DNA from: Octopus bimaculoides
Lineage: Eukaryota
Length of the DNA: 64,000 bases
Reading direction: 5' to 3'
Assembly (NCBI RefSeq): GCF_001194135.2
Contig: NC_068981.1
Coordinates: forward strand, 164,852,753 to 164,916,752
Below the pieces are notes generated by a model that worked only from the letters and a program-made list of their open reading frames with translations, did no database searches and was not told where the DNA came from. Shown in pieces: positions 1-11,041 of the stretch. How positions within the stretch are numbered: position 1 is the stretch's first letter; the number at the start of each line of letters is the position of its first letter. Both the position numbers and the translations under genes were made by a program.

Positions 1-121
1 TCACGCGCGCGCACATACACGCATATATATGTGCATATGTATACATATAAATAGAGTGAAAAATTGATATAGATATATAGATGTATAGACATATATCTAG
101 TGATGTACATATATTATTATG

Positions 122-365
122 AGGGCGTCCGCAATTCCTTGCTGAACTACTACACAGTTGCTTGTCTATAGTGATCGAATGCTTGTGTTCACATAGGCTA
201 GCTCTCTCCGTCAAAATGATATTGCATGTACAGATGCACAAGTGTGCCACGTATCAGATGTCGAAACGATCGCAGGGCAATGTGAAATGAAGTGTTTTGT
301 TCAAGAACGCAACGCACCACCCTGTCTGGGAATCGAAACCATGATCTCGTGATCGTGAGCTCAAC
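122..365 (-). mobile_element. tRNA-derived SINE (decayed copy)
   Basis: Reverse complement gives B-box GGTTTCGATTCCC (328-340), followed by ...GTTCTTGAACAAAACACTTCATTTCACATTGC, a SINE-core-like segment. Confidence 0.7.
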
Positions 366-570
366 TATTTGTGTGTGCGTATGTGTATGTGTGTGCGTGT
401 GTGTGTGTGTGTGCATGTGTGTGCATGTGTGTAATAGTGTATGCGTGCGTGCGTGTAAAGGTGTGCATATATATATATATGTGTGTGTTCGTGTGTGTGT
501 ACTTGTCTGATGTATATATATCTAGTAAAACAGAATCACCACCATCTTGTCCCACTCCCCCTCTCCCCTC

Positions 571-601
<31 letters not shown>

Positions 602-1614
602 TCTCTGCCTTTCTTTAACCTCACCATCAGAATATCACCCCTCTGCTAAAATTATATTTCAAACTCTCTTTATCTATATCACTACCCTCAACTAACATTT
701 TTAACCACGTATTAAATAGTACGGTCCCCTTATCCCCTTACTACACGTCATGGACGATCTTTTTTCTCTCGTCTTTTCTCTTTCCCTCTTTCTGTCTCAT
801 TCTTCGCCTTATCCCCTTTTTCTCTCTCCTTTTACTATCTCCTCTCTCCTTTTACTATCTCCTCTCTTTCACTTCAACTAATCACTTGAAAGCATTACAG
901 TTACATTCCCTCTACCTCACGTCATGGACTCTTCTCTTTCTCTTTTTCTCTCTCAATCTTTTCTTTCTCCCCCCTTTTTTCTCATCACGTGAAAGCGTTA
1001 CCGATGGGCTAAGTAACGTAATGGCAAGCAATATTATTATAAGCTGTAGGTAATACTAAAGGGGTATAATTCACATGTTTATAAATCAGTGGTTTTGAAC
1101 CTAAAGGAATGTATTCGTCTGTACAGCAAAATTAAATTTTTATAAAGGATTTTAAAGTGATTATATTACGCCAAGACTTAGATAACATTAATGATATAGT
1201 TTTATATAAGGCAAAGATAGATGAAGAATAATTAAATTATAAGAAGAGTGTGTGAAATTGTCAATAAACCTCATAAACTTGGAATAAGTTGACAGGATTT
1301 ACATGGAGTGGAATTAAAATTAAAGATATAATTATAATGAAGAGACGGATAAGTGGATTATAATTAAAGATTTGTATGAGTGAGGAAGAATAAAGATACA
1401 AAGTTTCTCTCTAAACAGATTTTACGAAGTAGTTTGGTTTGATAGGGATGGTTTTTAAGTGTGAATAATAATAGTAGCTTATATTGTTAAGAGTAAATTT
1501 ACATTGGTTGTTTTATTATACCTGAGGTTGATGATTGCAAGGGAAATAAATTTTGCTGAAGGTTGTTGAAATCAATGGATGGTCGACTTTTTAATTGTGT
1601 GCGTATCTGTTTAA

Positions 1615-2002
1615 AGTGGAGGCGCAATGGCCCACTGGTTAGGGCAGCAGACTCGCGGTCATAGGATTGCGGTTTCGATTCCCATACCGGGCGTTGTGAG
1701 TGTTTATTGAGCGAAAACACCTAAAACTCCACGAGGCTCCGGTAGGGGATGGCGACGAACCCTGCTGTACTCTTTCACCACAACTTTCTCTCACTCTTAC
1801 TTNNNNNNNNNNTGTTGTGCCTGTAATTCAAAGGGTCAGCCTTGTCACACTGTGTCACGCTGAATATCCCCGAGAACTACGTTAAGGGTACACGTGTATG
1901 TGGAGTGCTCAGCCATTTGCACGTTAATTTCACGAGCAGGCTGTTCCGTTGATAGGATCAACTGGAACCCTCGATGTCGTAAGCGACGGAGTGCCAACAC
2001 AC
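1615..2002 (+). mobile_element. tRNA-Arg-headed SINE (OR-like octopus SINE), full length
   Basis: A-box TGGCCCACTGGTTAGG, anticodon-like TCG, B-box GGTTTCGATTCCC. Flanked by 10-bp TSD ATCTGTTTAA (1605-1614 and 2003-2012). Matches copies at 52189 and 57555. Confidence 0.92.
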
Positions 2003-2334
2003 ATCTGTTTAATTCAGAATAAATTTACTAACGGTTCAAACAAAGGGAAAGAAATTTATGCTCTAGTGCAATAATTAAAATTTTAGAGGAAATATAATGA
2101 AATAGTAAGTGAAGTGTCACAAAGGATTTAAGATATGGTGAAATAAGCAAAGGGGCACATCCAGATACATACACACACACGCACGCACGCACACACCAAC
2201 ACAACTACAAATACACACATATAATGTAAATATACAAAAGCTGCGAGACAAATAAAGGAAAATGTGATGAAAATTATAAAATGTATGTTGAGAATAAACC
2301 GAAATCAAATATATTAAAATAAATTCTTGAATTT

Positions 2335-2523
2335 AATATTGGTTTCAAATATTGAAACAAGGCCAGTAATTCCGGGGGAAGGGGTAATTCGATTACATCG
2401 ACCGCAGTGATTAAGTAGCATTTATATAATCGATCCCAAAAGAATGGAAGGAAAAGTCGACCTCGGCGGAATTTGAGAACAGACCGTAACGACGGACGAA
2501 ATGCCACTAAGCATTTTACCCGT
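2335..2523 (-). mobile_element. MetaSINE-core SINE (diverged)
   Basis: Reverse complement contains CCGAGGTCGACTTTTCCTTCCATTCTTTTGGGATCGAT, similar to the Meta-domain core. Confidence 0.75.
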
Positions 2524-2655
2524 CAAATATGAAAAGAGATAATAATTATATCTTTTCATATTAGATACAAGAAAAGGTAGCTTGGAAATTAAGTTGTTTT
2601 CATAACGGCTGTAAAGTTATGATATTGTATTCATTTGGGGAAGAGGAACAATATT

Positions 2656-2828
2656 CGTTTCTACTCTAGGCACAAGGCCCGAATTTTTTGGGGAGGGTGT
2701 CAGTCGATTAGATCGACCCCAGTACGCAACTGGTACTTAATTTATCGACTCCGAAAGAATGAAAGGCAAAGTCGGCCTCGGCAGAATTTGAACTCAGCGG
2801 GCTAACGTTTTTGCCAGCTCACCGCCTT
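2656..2828 (-). mobile_element. MetaSINE-core SINE with internal deletion
   Basis: Core GCCTTTCATTCTTTCGGAGTCGATAAATTAAGTACCAG on minus strand. 17-bp TSD GGAAGAGGAACAATATT at 2639-2655 and 2829-2845. Confidence 0.9.
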
Positions 2829-3218
2829 GGAAGAGGAACAATATTACCGCAGTAAAAATACTAACGTATATTTTATTCCAAGGTTGACGATTTTGAAGGT
2901 ATCGTGTAACTGTATTGAGATTATTATTAACATGAGATATTACCAAAAATATTGGTTAAATTTTCGGAGAATATACTTCTAGATTTCAGAAGGTTTATTT
3001 TAATTGTAAGTTGGTTTTAAAACGGACATGTATCGTTAGGTTCATTAAGAGAGATATGTCTAATGTGGATTATAGCTGTGTAATTCTTGTGGATGAAGTT
3101 TAGTACAAAAAGATTATCCTAAGTTGGAATTAGATGTGAGATTTGGAAGATATCCTGTAAGTCTATAAGAAATTACATAATTATTTCTGTGCTAAGTGTG
3201 TACTTTTGGTATAAAATA

Positions 3219-3312
3219 GGCTCAAGTGTGGTTGTGAGATAAGAAACTTGTTTCTCAACCACTTGGTCCTGAGTTAAGTCCCACTGCCACCTTGTGAGTG
3301 GATTTGCAGATG
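3219..3312 (+). mobile_element. 5' fragment of microsatellite-containing tRNA SINE
   Basis: GTGTGGTTGTGAGATAAGAAACTTGTTTCTCAACCACTTGGTCCTGAGTTAAGTCCCACTG aligns to the head of the 54360 copy. Confidence 0.6.
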
Positions 3313-3313
3313 T

Positions 3314-3535
3314 AAGGTGGCGAGCTGGCAGAATCGTTGGCACACCGTGAAGAATGTTTAGCGGTATTCCTTTCGACTTTACGTTCTGAGTTCAAATGTT
3401 GCTGGGGTCGACTTTCCCTTTCACCCATTCGGGGTCGACGAAATAAGTACCAGTTGAACACTGGAGTGGGTGTCATAGGCTTATCCCCCTCCTCCGAAAT
3501 CGCTGGCCTCGTGCCAAAAGTTGAAATCATATTAG
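3314..3535 (+). mobile_element. MetaSINE-core SINE
   Basis: Head GGTGGCGAGCTGGCAGAATCGTTGGCAC, B-box GAGTTCAAAT, core GGGGTCGACGAAATAAGTACCAG, tail GGCCTCGTGCCAAAAG. Confidence 0.85.
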
Positions 3536-4270
3536 CAGACGTAATTTGGAAGGAAGTGTCTGGATCGTGTCTGGTCGATTCTAGTCTGGTCTGGTCTAGA
3601 CTGGTAACAAATGTGTACCGAGAGCAATTAGTGTGGCTAAGTGTAAGAATTATGTAATATATATTCCATTGGAGGCTGTAAACTAAATAAATGGTATAGG
3701 TCAATAAAGAGATTAGGCATACGGGTGAGTAGATGGCACAGGTGAAAGAAAAGGCTAGAAAAGGGGTGGAGAAAATAATTAAAAGTTATGAGATTATATA
3801 TTGGATATAGCTAATTATAAGGTCAAGAAAATAGCGATACCTTAGCGTAGTTCAAGGTATTTTGTAAAAGAGCTGACTTTAACAATGTGCCATATCGAAT
3901 TTATGTCATTATTTAACATAATTTCCATACGATACATAAACCTTGATGATGTCTATCCATTTACAAACTACACTGAACTGCGCTAAGTTATTGCTTTTTT
4001 TTTTCTCGTCCTTATAGTGGCCTATATCCAATAAATATTGTCATTAAATTTTTTATTTATTTTCTCCGTTCCTTCAGTAAATTTTTCTTTTACGACTACT
4101 TACCTGTATGCTTAATCTGTTTCTTGATCTTTACCCATTTATTTAGTGAACTATCACAAATGATATGAAATAGAAGTTTTTTTTTAACAAATTATGAAAC
4201 CTGTCACACACACCACATTCTTTTGATGACAATTTCTTCTTGTAAAAAAAAATAAATTAGTAAACAAAGG

Positions 4271-4592
4271 ATGGCCAGGCACACACGAATATGCCGGCTG
4301 GTGGCGAGAGAGGCAGAGCGTTACGGTTGGGTGACCGGCTGGGAGCCGGTTTACCGCGTATCAGGATCCAGGTTAATACCCGACCTGGTGTTTCGCAATT
4401 CTGACGAGGTGGTGATAATAGACGTCACGGTTCGATATGAGCAGGGTACGGCTCTGCACGATGCAGCCCGGGAGAATGAGAGGAAATACCGACTGCTGAT
4501 CTCTCTCCTCGGGAGGGAGCTAGGCGTGCCGGTACGGGTGTTTGGTTGCCCAGTCGGGGCCTGCGGCGCGTGGAGCCGCGAGGCCGAGAGGT
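4271..4592 (+). pseudogene. Non-LTR retrotransposon fragment, restriction-like endonuclease (RLE) domain, R2/NeSL-like group
   Basis: In-frame RHTRICRLVA...WEP...LIPDLVF...VIIDVTVRYEQG..LHDAARENERKY: RH..I after the zinc knuckle, PD-(D/E)xK catalytic motifs and the K/ERKY motif. Abruptly GC-rich versus flanks. Confidence 0.85.
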
Positions 4593-4928
4593 GTTATACA
4601 AAACTTAAAGTACTAGTCAACTTGTTATTCACAGTATATTTAATTGCTGCCAGTGAAAATGCAACACGTAAAAGATAACACCATGTACTAATGATAGAAC
4701 AGAGTACAAAACACTTAATATGCACCTTTTCAAAGCTATCAACTTAAATTCATACAATCCCTCTTAAGCCAATAAGATTCTACCAAAGAAAAAGAAAAAC
4801 TTATTACAATAATTGAAATGAAAAGGATATTAGACTCGTGCTTAATAAACACAATCCAATAGAAGCAATAAATAATTGCTAACTAAACTTCTGTGTTAAT
4901 GGCTACAAAGATATATATATATATATAT

Positions 4929-5132
4929 GGGAGAATGTACGAAAAAAGACAACAACAAACGAGGACAGGAGGTGTAAACAAAAAAAGGATGTATTAGTTT
5001 GACGCTCTGGAATACAGAAAGTCTTTAACGTTTCGAGCTACGCTCTTCAACAGAAAGAATACGGAGAAAACAAGGAGAAAACACGGAGGAAAAAAAAATT
5101 GAATGGTTTGGTCAGCGATCAATCATGGCGAC
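4929..5132 (-). mobile_element. ~200-bp dispersed repeat with minimal hammerhead-like motif (copy A)
   Basis: Minus strand TCTTT-CTGTTGA-A-GAG-CGTAG-CTC-GAAA-CGT-T-AAAGA (5022-5058). Homologous to 32418-32580 and 48386-48572. Flanked by (TA)n on both sides. Confidence 0.7.
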
Positions 5133-5699
5133 ATATATATAAAGGACATCGCACAATTCTTACTAAGCAGCAAGTGAATTAAAGTACAATCAATATAAAT
5201 CATGATGAACCATATTTACACCAACTTCCTAACATAGGATTTGCATTTACTAATCGTACTTAATCTATCTAGAAACCTACTTAGATAAAGATAAAAAATT
5301 GCTTCCGTAAAAGATATAAAATACCTACCTTAACAGAAATTAAGTTTAGACAATCATTCAATTAGTGCTTGAAACAGAAATTAAATAACAACAATATCGT
5401 ATACTAAGCTTTTGTCTCAATGACGACTAAAACGGAGTCAGTTAAACAAAACGATAAAGCCATTACATTTATGTTTACTGAAAAAAAAAACAAATAAAGT
5501 TCAAATAACGTAAAGAAAAATCACGAACGTTAGTTATACCAAATAGCTAACAAACGGTTTACATGAAATTGCCAGGCCCTCTCAAAAATTGCCCATTTAT
5601 CTCAGCAGCCCTAATAAAAAATCTGAAAACTAGCTTCATCGCCAATATAGGTGGTGATAAATACAAGGGGAGATAAACATCACCGAAACCGCCAAGTGT

Positions 5700-7184
5700 C
5701 TTTCGCTGTCAACACAGCAGGGTGGAATATAAAACTCATTAATGGCTAAAAATAGTCGAAAAGAAGTTTAATATTCAGTTGGAGATTTAAAATAACTTGG
5801 ATTCATTTTAAAAATAAATCATTTATTATGGCAACGATGACAATTTTAATTTATTAATTAATAATTTATATCAATAACCCTGACTAACCATATACTTCAT
5901 CAATTGTACCGCTTTATAAATTAATGAACAAGGTATATGATATTGCTGTATCTAGAAATATGACTGGAAACCAACATACACACCATTCTAACTAGGATTT
6001 AAATTAACGGTCTTTTTATAAACTTTGTTTACAATTCTGTTATTACAACAGATCATCATTGTGTGTAAATAGTTAACTGCATCCACAACAACATTTCTGC
6101 TTACCTCTACATATTTGGATAAACTCTACAATTGACAGTTTAAAAAGCTGTAATTGGGAACAAAAATATCAACCAAATAAGTGCAGCAACCCTCAAGCTG
6201 TTTAGCCAAAACCTAGATCTTTCACTACACTAAAAGTCGAAGTTACAATAACATAAATACAGGCCAGGGATTAATATTGCCGCCTTAGAAATTCCTTCAA
6301 TCTGCTTAACTATCGTATGCGCAAAAGCGACATATGTGTTTCGTTTTTAGATTTGGTTTGCAAGATTTTTTTATGTGCTTTCGTGTGTTGAAGCATATTC
6401 TGTTGTGTCTGGGGAGAGTAATTTTCTTATTGTGCCTTAAAATTTAACACACTCACCGGTAAAATTTCCACTTATTTCTTATTTTTATTTTCCTAAAATT
6501 TTCGTTGCGTCTTGCAACCTTTTCAAGAGTCAAGACTATTGAAAAGGCTGCAAGTCGCAACGAAAATTTTAGGAAAATAAAAATAAAAAATAAGTGGAAA
6601 TTTTACCGGTGAGTGTGCTAAATTTTAAGGCACAATAAGAAAATGACTCTCCCCAAACACAACAAACATATGTGTTATTAAAAGTAAACCTAATTATATC
6701 TTTTAATTCTATGTTAGTCCAACAAATACACATGTTATATCTTGTTCTCGATTTAAAAAAAAATTAGCACACTTCGTTTAGGAGTACTTAAAATTGCTAA
6801 AGAGTAGAAAGCACGTTCTCATGCATAGTAGGAGTCAAAGAACACTTTTAAGGTTTATTTTTCCAAACATTCCATGCTAGATGTATTGTTCCAAAATAAA
6901 CTTACACTTAAATTCATGTAATAACTGCATTATGCTTTGTGAAAGCTGACTTAACGACAATTAGATCATGCTTCATTAACTAAAGAAGAAAAAAAAGAAA
7001 CAATACTTGCTTAATAGTTCTTTTTCTAATCCCAGCAATAAATCTGTTTCCTGAAGACAAACTATGTAATTTTGGAAACCAGAACAATTTAAGACTGCTT
7101 CCGTTCTCTTCCTCAACTTTAAAGATCACCGTTTGTTCTTCACTTGTATATTAATTCATTAATATCCACTGACATCACTATATA

Positions 7185-7247
<63 letters not shown>

Positions 7248-7960
7248 NNNNNNNNNNNNNNNNNNNNGTGTGTGTATGTGTGTGTGTGTGTGTGTGCGTG
7301 CGTGCGTGTGGGTGTGTGTGTGTGTGTGAGTGAGTGAGTGTTATTACTCTTGCAGCTATAGTTATTATCAAACCCTGACTCGAAAGCTAATGCTATAACA
7401 GTATATTTTACTGATGGCCACAAAATTTCATGCATCTTTATCTGCTGGCAACGCAATGTATCTGCTATGTAATTCATCAGTATATTGTCTAACTCCAAGT
7501 TTTCTGAGAATCGAATCAGTCCCCTACTTCAAAGTGATATTTCTGATTCTAAAATTAAGCTCATCACTGCTCAAAATCTTTTATCTTCACTTAGTATTTT
7601 AATATCTAATTTTTCTATCAAACAATCTATTGATCTCAAAATTACTTCTAATTCATATCACTAACTAACCTTACTGGATACCCTATACTCAGTACACTAT
7701 AGCTTTAGGGAATGAAGGGTCACCATTTAGAATAACACCTGAATCACTTCTATAACGATGTTCTACTTTTTATTGGATACATAATCTGACATTTCACAAT
7801 AGAGAAATTTCCTTAATATTTTCGGCGTTTACTTTAGACAAGTATTTACTCAAATAATCTATCGTCTAAAGTAGGACAAAATGTATAAGATAATTGTAAT
7901 GGATTGTCTTTGATAACACCCTTAGAAAAAACTTCCATTGTCCAAAGCTTATCCTGGCAC
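5700..7960 (-). pseudogene. Penelope-like element, Naiad-type RT remnant
   Basis: Collinear minus-strand motifs: VILNGDPS; LHSRYIALPADKDA*NFVAISK; LFWFPKLHSLSSGNRFIAG; FWNNTSSMECLEK; FTFNNTYVAFAHTIVKQIEGIS (restored after removing the 6341-6665 insertion); LYLCYCNFDF; TYLVDIF. These match the PADKA / YW.PKLHK..RFIAG / DN.YV.FG..Q..GIPMG / YIDD series I recall for Naiad-type PLEs. Confidence 0.78.
6341..6665. mobile_element. TSD-flanked foldback insertion with two divergent hammerhead-like motifs
   Basis: Inverted arms 6402-6526 and 6539-6663 (~125 bp, few mismatches). 11-bp TSD ACATATGTGTT at 6330-6340 and 6666-6676. Each arm begins TTGAAAA-G-G(T/C)TGC-aag(a/t)c-GCAAC-GAAA-ATTT. Confidence 0.85.
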
Positions 7961-8060
7961 TCTTAATATTCTCTAATGGGTTAATTCTAAAATGAGAATT
8001 AAGGGTGAGTTTTCAGCTGTTAAAGTATATCTTTTGAAGACACACACACACACACACATG

Positions 8061-8091
<31 letters not shown>

Positions 8092-8625
8092 NNNNNNNNN
8101 NNNNNNNNNNNNNNNNNNNNNNNNNNNNNNNNNNNNNNNNNNNNNNNNNNNNNNNNNNNNNNNNNNNNNNNNNNNNNNNNNNNNNNNNNNNNNNNNNNNN
8201 NNNNNNNNNNNNNNNNNNNNNNNNNNNNNNNNNNNNNNNNNNNNNNNNNNNNNNNNNNNNNNNNNNNNNNNNNNNNNNNNNNNNNNNNNNNNNNNNNNNN
8301 NNNNNNNNNNNNNNNNNNNNNNNNNNNNNNNNNNNNNNNNNNNNNNNNNNNNNNNNNNNNNNNNNNNNNNNNNNNNNNNNNNNNNNNNNNNNNNNNNNNN
8401 NNNNNNNNNNNNNNNNNNNNNNNNNNNNNNNNNNNNNNNNNNNNNNNNNNNNNNNNNNNNNNNNNNNNNNNNNNNNNNNNNNNNNNNNNNNNNNNNNNNN
8501 NNNNNNNNNNNNNNNNNNNNNNNNNNNNNNNNNNNNNNNNNNNNNNNNNNNNNNNNNNNNNNNNNNNNNNNNNNNNNNNNNNNNNNNNNNNNNNNNNNNN
8601 NNNNNNNNNNNNNNNNNNNNNNNNN

Positions 8626-8659
<34 letters not shown>

Positions 8660-9236
8660 CACACGCACACATACACACGCACATACATACAGGGTAAGTG
8701 AAATCCGAAAACGCAGAGTAGAGAAAGTAGTCGAAACAAATGGCGAGGAAAAGAGAAACTGAAAGACATAGATAAGCAGAAATTTAGATATTCAAGAAAG
8801 AAATGTTTCAAATCATTAGGATTATTTATATAATCTCCAAACTAATTAACTAAACGTTTAAGTAAACCACAACATCGAATAATAACAGAGGATGAGAAGA
8901 AAAAAAACGATACCGTAAATCTGTAAGAAATGACGATAAATACCTGAAATAGAGGAAAATGTAATAAGCTGATTCTATAGGGATTCGGTATTAACAAAAT
9001 AAATTGTTTTACAACAAAAGTCTTAAGCCGCTCAACAGGTGTGTTATTGGGGACGTGGGGAGGAGGCAGTATTAAATAAAACTATGATATCTATTTAACA
9101 AAACCAGAATTCCAAATGCTGTAGATTATGTTATACTAATACTTCCCTTTGGAACTTCGTACGTTTAAAGTTAATGTATATTTACGCATATGTAGCAAAA
9201 AATGTGAATACCCTTACACATACATACAAACATATA

Positions 9237-10445
9237 TATTAGGTGAGAAAAAAAGACCTGTTGCATTTTTAACTCGATCGCTTTGAGAGTACGTTTTCAA
9301 TATTTACAGTAACATAAGCATTTCTTTTTATATTCTGTTTTGTTTTGTTTTCATTCTGTGCACATTAATTTATAGCATAGTGGTTAAAGCCTTTTAAAAT
9401 AAGTTTAGATCAGACCCATATTTAGACACTGCATATTGTAATAAATTCAAAAGGGGCAACAGAAGCCACAAGATATATTCGTTCTCTATGGAAAAGAAGA
9501 TTTAATTGTCTAGACATACCATCGATGTTTTGACTAGTTTACTTCGAGAAATTTTTCTCTCGAAAAATCTCTTTTGTAACGTTCTGCCAAAAGAAAGCTT
9601 CTAAATATCGTACTTGAAAAACAAAGAAAACAGTACGATTCAAATCACTCTTCGACCATAAAACACATGAATCATGAAAAGTGTTTAAACTTCGTTAGTG
9701 AGTCTATCCTCATTTCATGGCTTCTCAGATCAGTTAAAGAATTGGTGCGTCTTCTCGCCATTGAAGAGTTGCTGCCATTCCTGGGTAGAATAATCGCAAG
9801 TTTTGAAAAGTGGGTTTCCAATAATCATATCCATCGAAAACGACAGAGGTTATCACCCAATGAAAAGAGAAGTCTCTTTGAAAACCAGGACTTTACTAGA
9901 AATAATTATGCTGTGATTTTTGGAGGAATATGAACGGTGTCGCCTCTCATAAAATGTTAAATCAAAATTAAGCGGTGAATGCGCAAAAGTACTGTTGTCA
10001 AATGGAAGTAATGCCCAAATGTTCACAGAAAAAAAGCACTCATTCTTTAATCGTAAAAGAGTGTAGCTTTTATAGGATAATGCAAAGGAGTATATTGCCC
10101 AAGTAACTCAGTAAGATATTATGGCACTAAATATAAAAGTTTTGCCAAATCCTCTTTACTCTCTTGACCCTGTTCCATCTAACTATTATCTTTTCGGATC
10201 ATTACAAAATTTTTTAGAAGGGTAAACAGCTTGTTAATTGTGAAGAGGTTAAATGTAATAATGATTTTTCTTTCTTTCACGCCCGAGGAATCAACAATTT
10301 AGCAAATAGATAGGATTATGTTATCAATAAAGAAGATAAATACTATCTTGATTAAATTTATCAATAAGACTAAAGAAGCATTTGATTCCTTCTTATTTGT
10401 AAGTGTTACAAGACTTTCTTTCCAAAATAATACATATTTATCACG
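9237..10445 (+). pseudogene. Decayed mariner (Tc1/mariner) transposon
   Basis: Fragmentary frames: PFLGRII..FEKW (TGDEKW region), DNA(PH) region at ~10075, LPNPLYSLDPVPSNYYLFGSLQNFLEG (YSPDL.PSDY), RGINNL.NR*DYVI..E.KY.LD* ending ~10355. Starts TATTAGGTG. Confidence 0.8.
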
Positions 10446-10884
10446 GTGGTGCACCACATGACCGCAGTCACTTGGCTGAAACATATAAATAAATAAAATA
10501 TAAACACATACAAATATACGCACGTGACAATGCACACAACACACACACACACACACACACACACGTATACAGCTGTGTATGTGTGTGTGTGTGTGTGCTT
10601 GTGAATGTACGTATGCATATGTATATATCTAGATACACTCGCATATATATACATATATACATACGATCAGCATTTTTAGCAATCGTCCTACTAATATAAC
10701 AAAAAAATCTGGTTAAAAACTTATCGGTTACACTCTCTAAATTATCCGCCAATGTTAACGTTTTCAATAATAACGCTGATTATTGTGTCCTTATATAAGG
10801 CAGGATATCAGGAGCAAATTAAATATTATCACACTTTTGATCCTGATTTAACCCCTAATAATCTGGTTGATAGTAGTAATACTA

Positions 10885-10927
10885 CTAATAATAATAATGA
10901 TAAAATAATAATAAAATAATAATAATG

Positions 10928-10990
<63 letters not shown>
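10885..10990. repeat. (AAT)n microsatellite
   Basis: Direct reading. Confidence 0.98.
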
Positions 10991-11041
10991 TTACTTCCGT
11001 AGGTAATAATCCAAATAATAATTCCTTATATCGAAGTAGAT

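Larger units (their letters stand above)
990..3900 (-). pseudogene. Highly decayed Penelope-like element remnant (RT core, possible GIY-YIG end), interrupted by SINEs
   Basis: Minus-strand 3700-3800 translates as LITFNYF...TRMPNLFID, resembling the PLE RT motif NYF.F...GTRMAP.YANLFM. The flanking AT-rich sequence is broken by at least 5 SINE insertions. Extent uncertain. Confidence 0.4.

Noticed and set aside
5640-5860. Plus-strand QQGG / YGNDD resembling a LINE RT
   Set aside because: The minus strand of the adjoining region gives a much better collinear match to the PLE RT, so the plus-strand motifs are probably chance.
7428-7430. In-frame TGA in the Naiad remnant as possible selenocysteine
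   Set aside because: The same copy has other stops (TAG/TAA) and frameshifts, and no SECIS was identified. It cannot be distinguished from decay without a family consensus.
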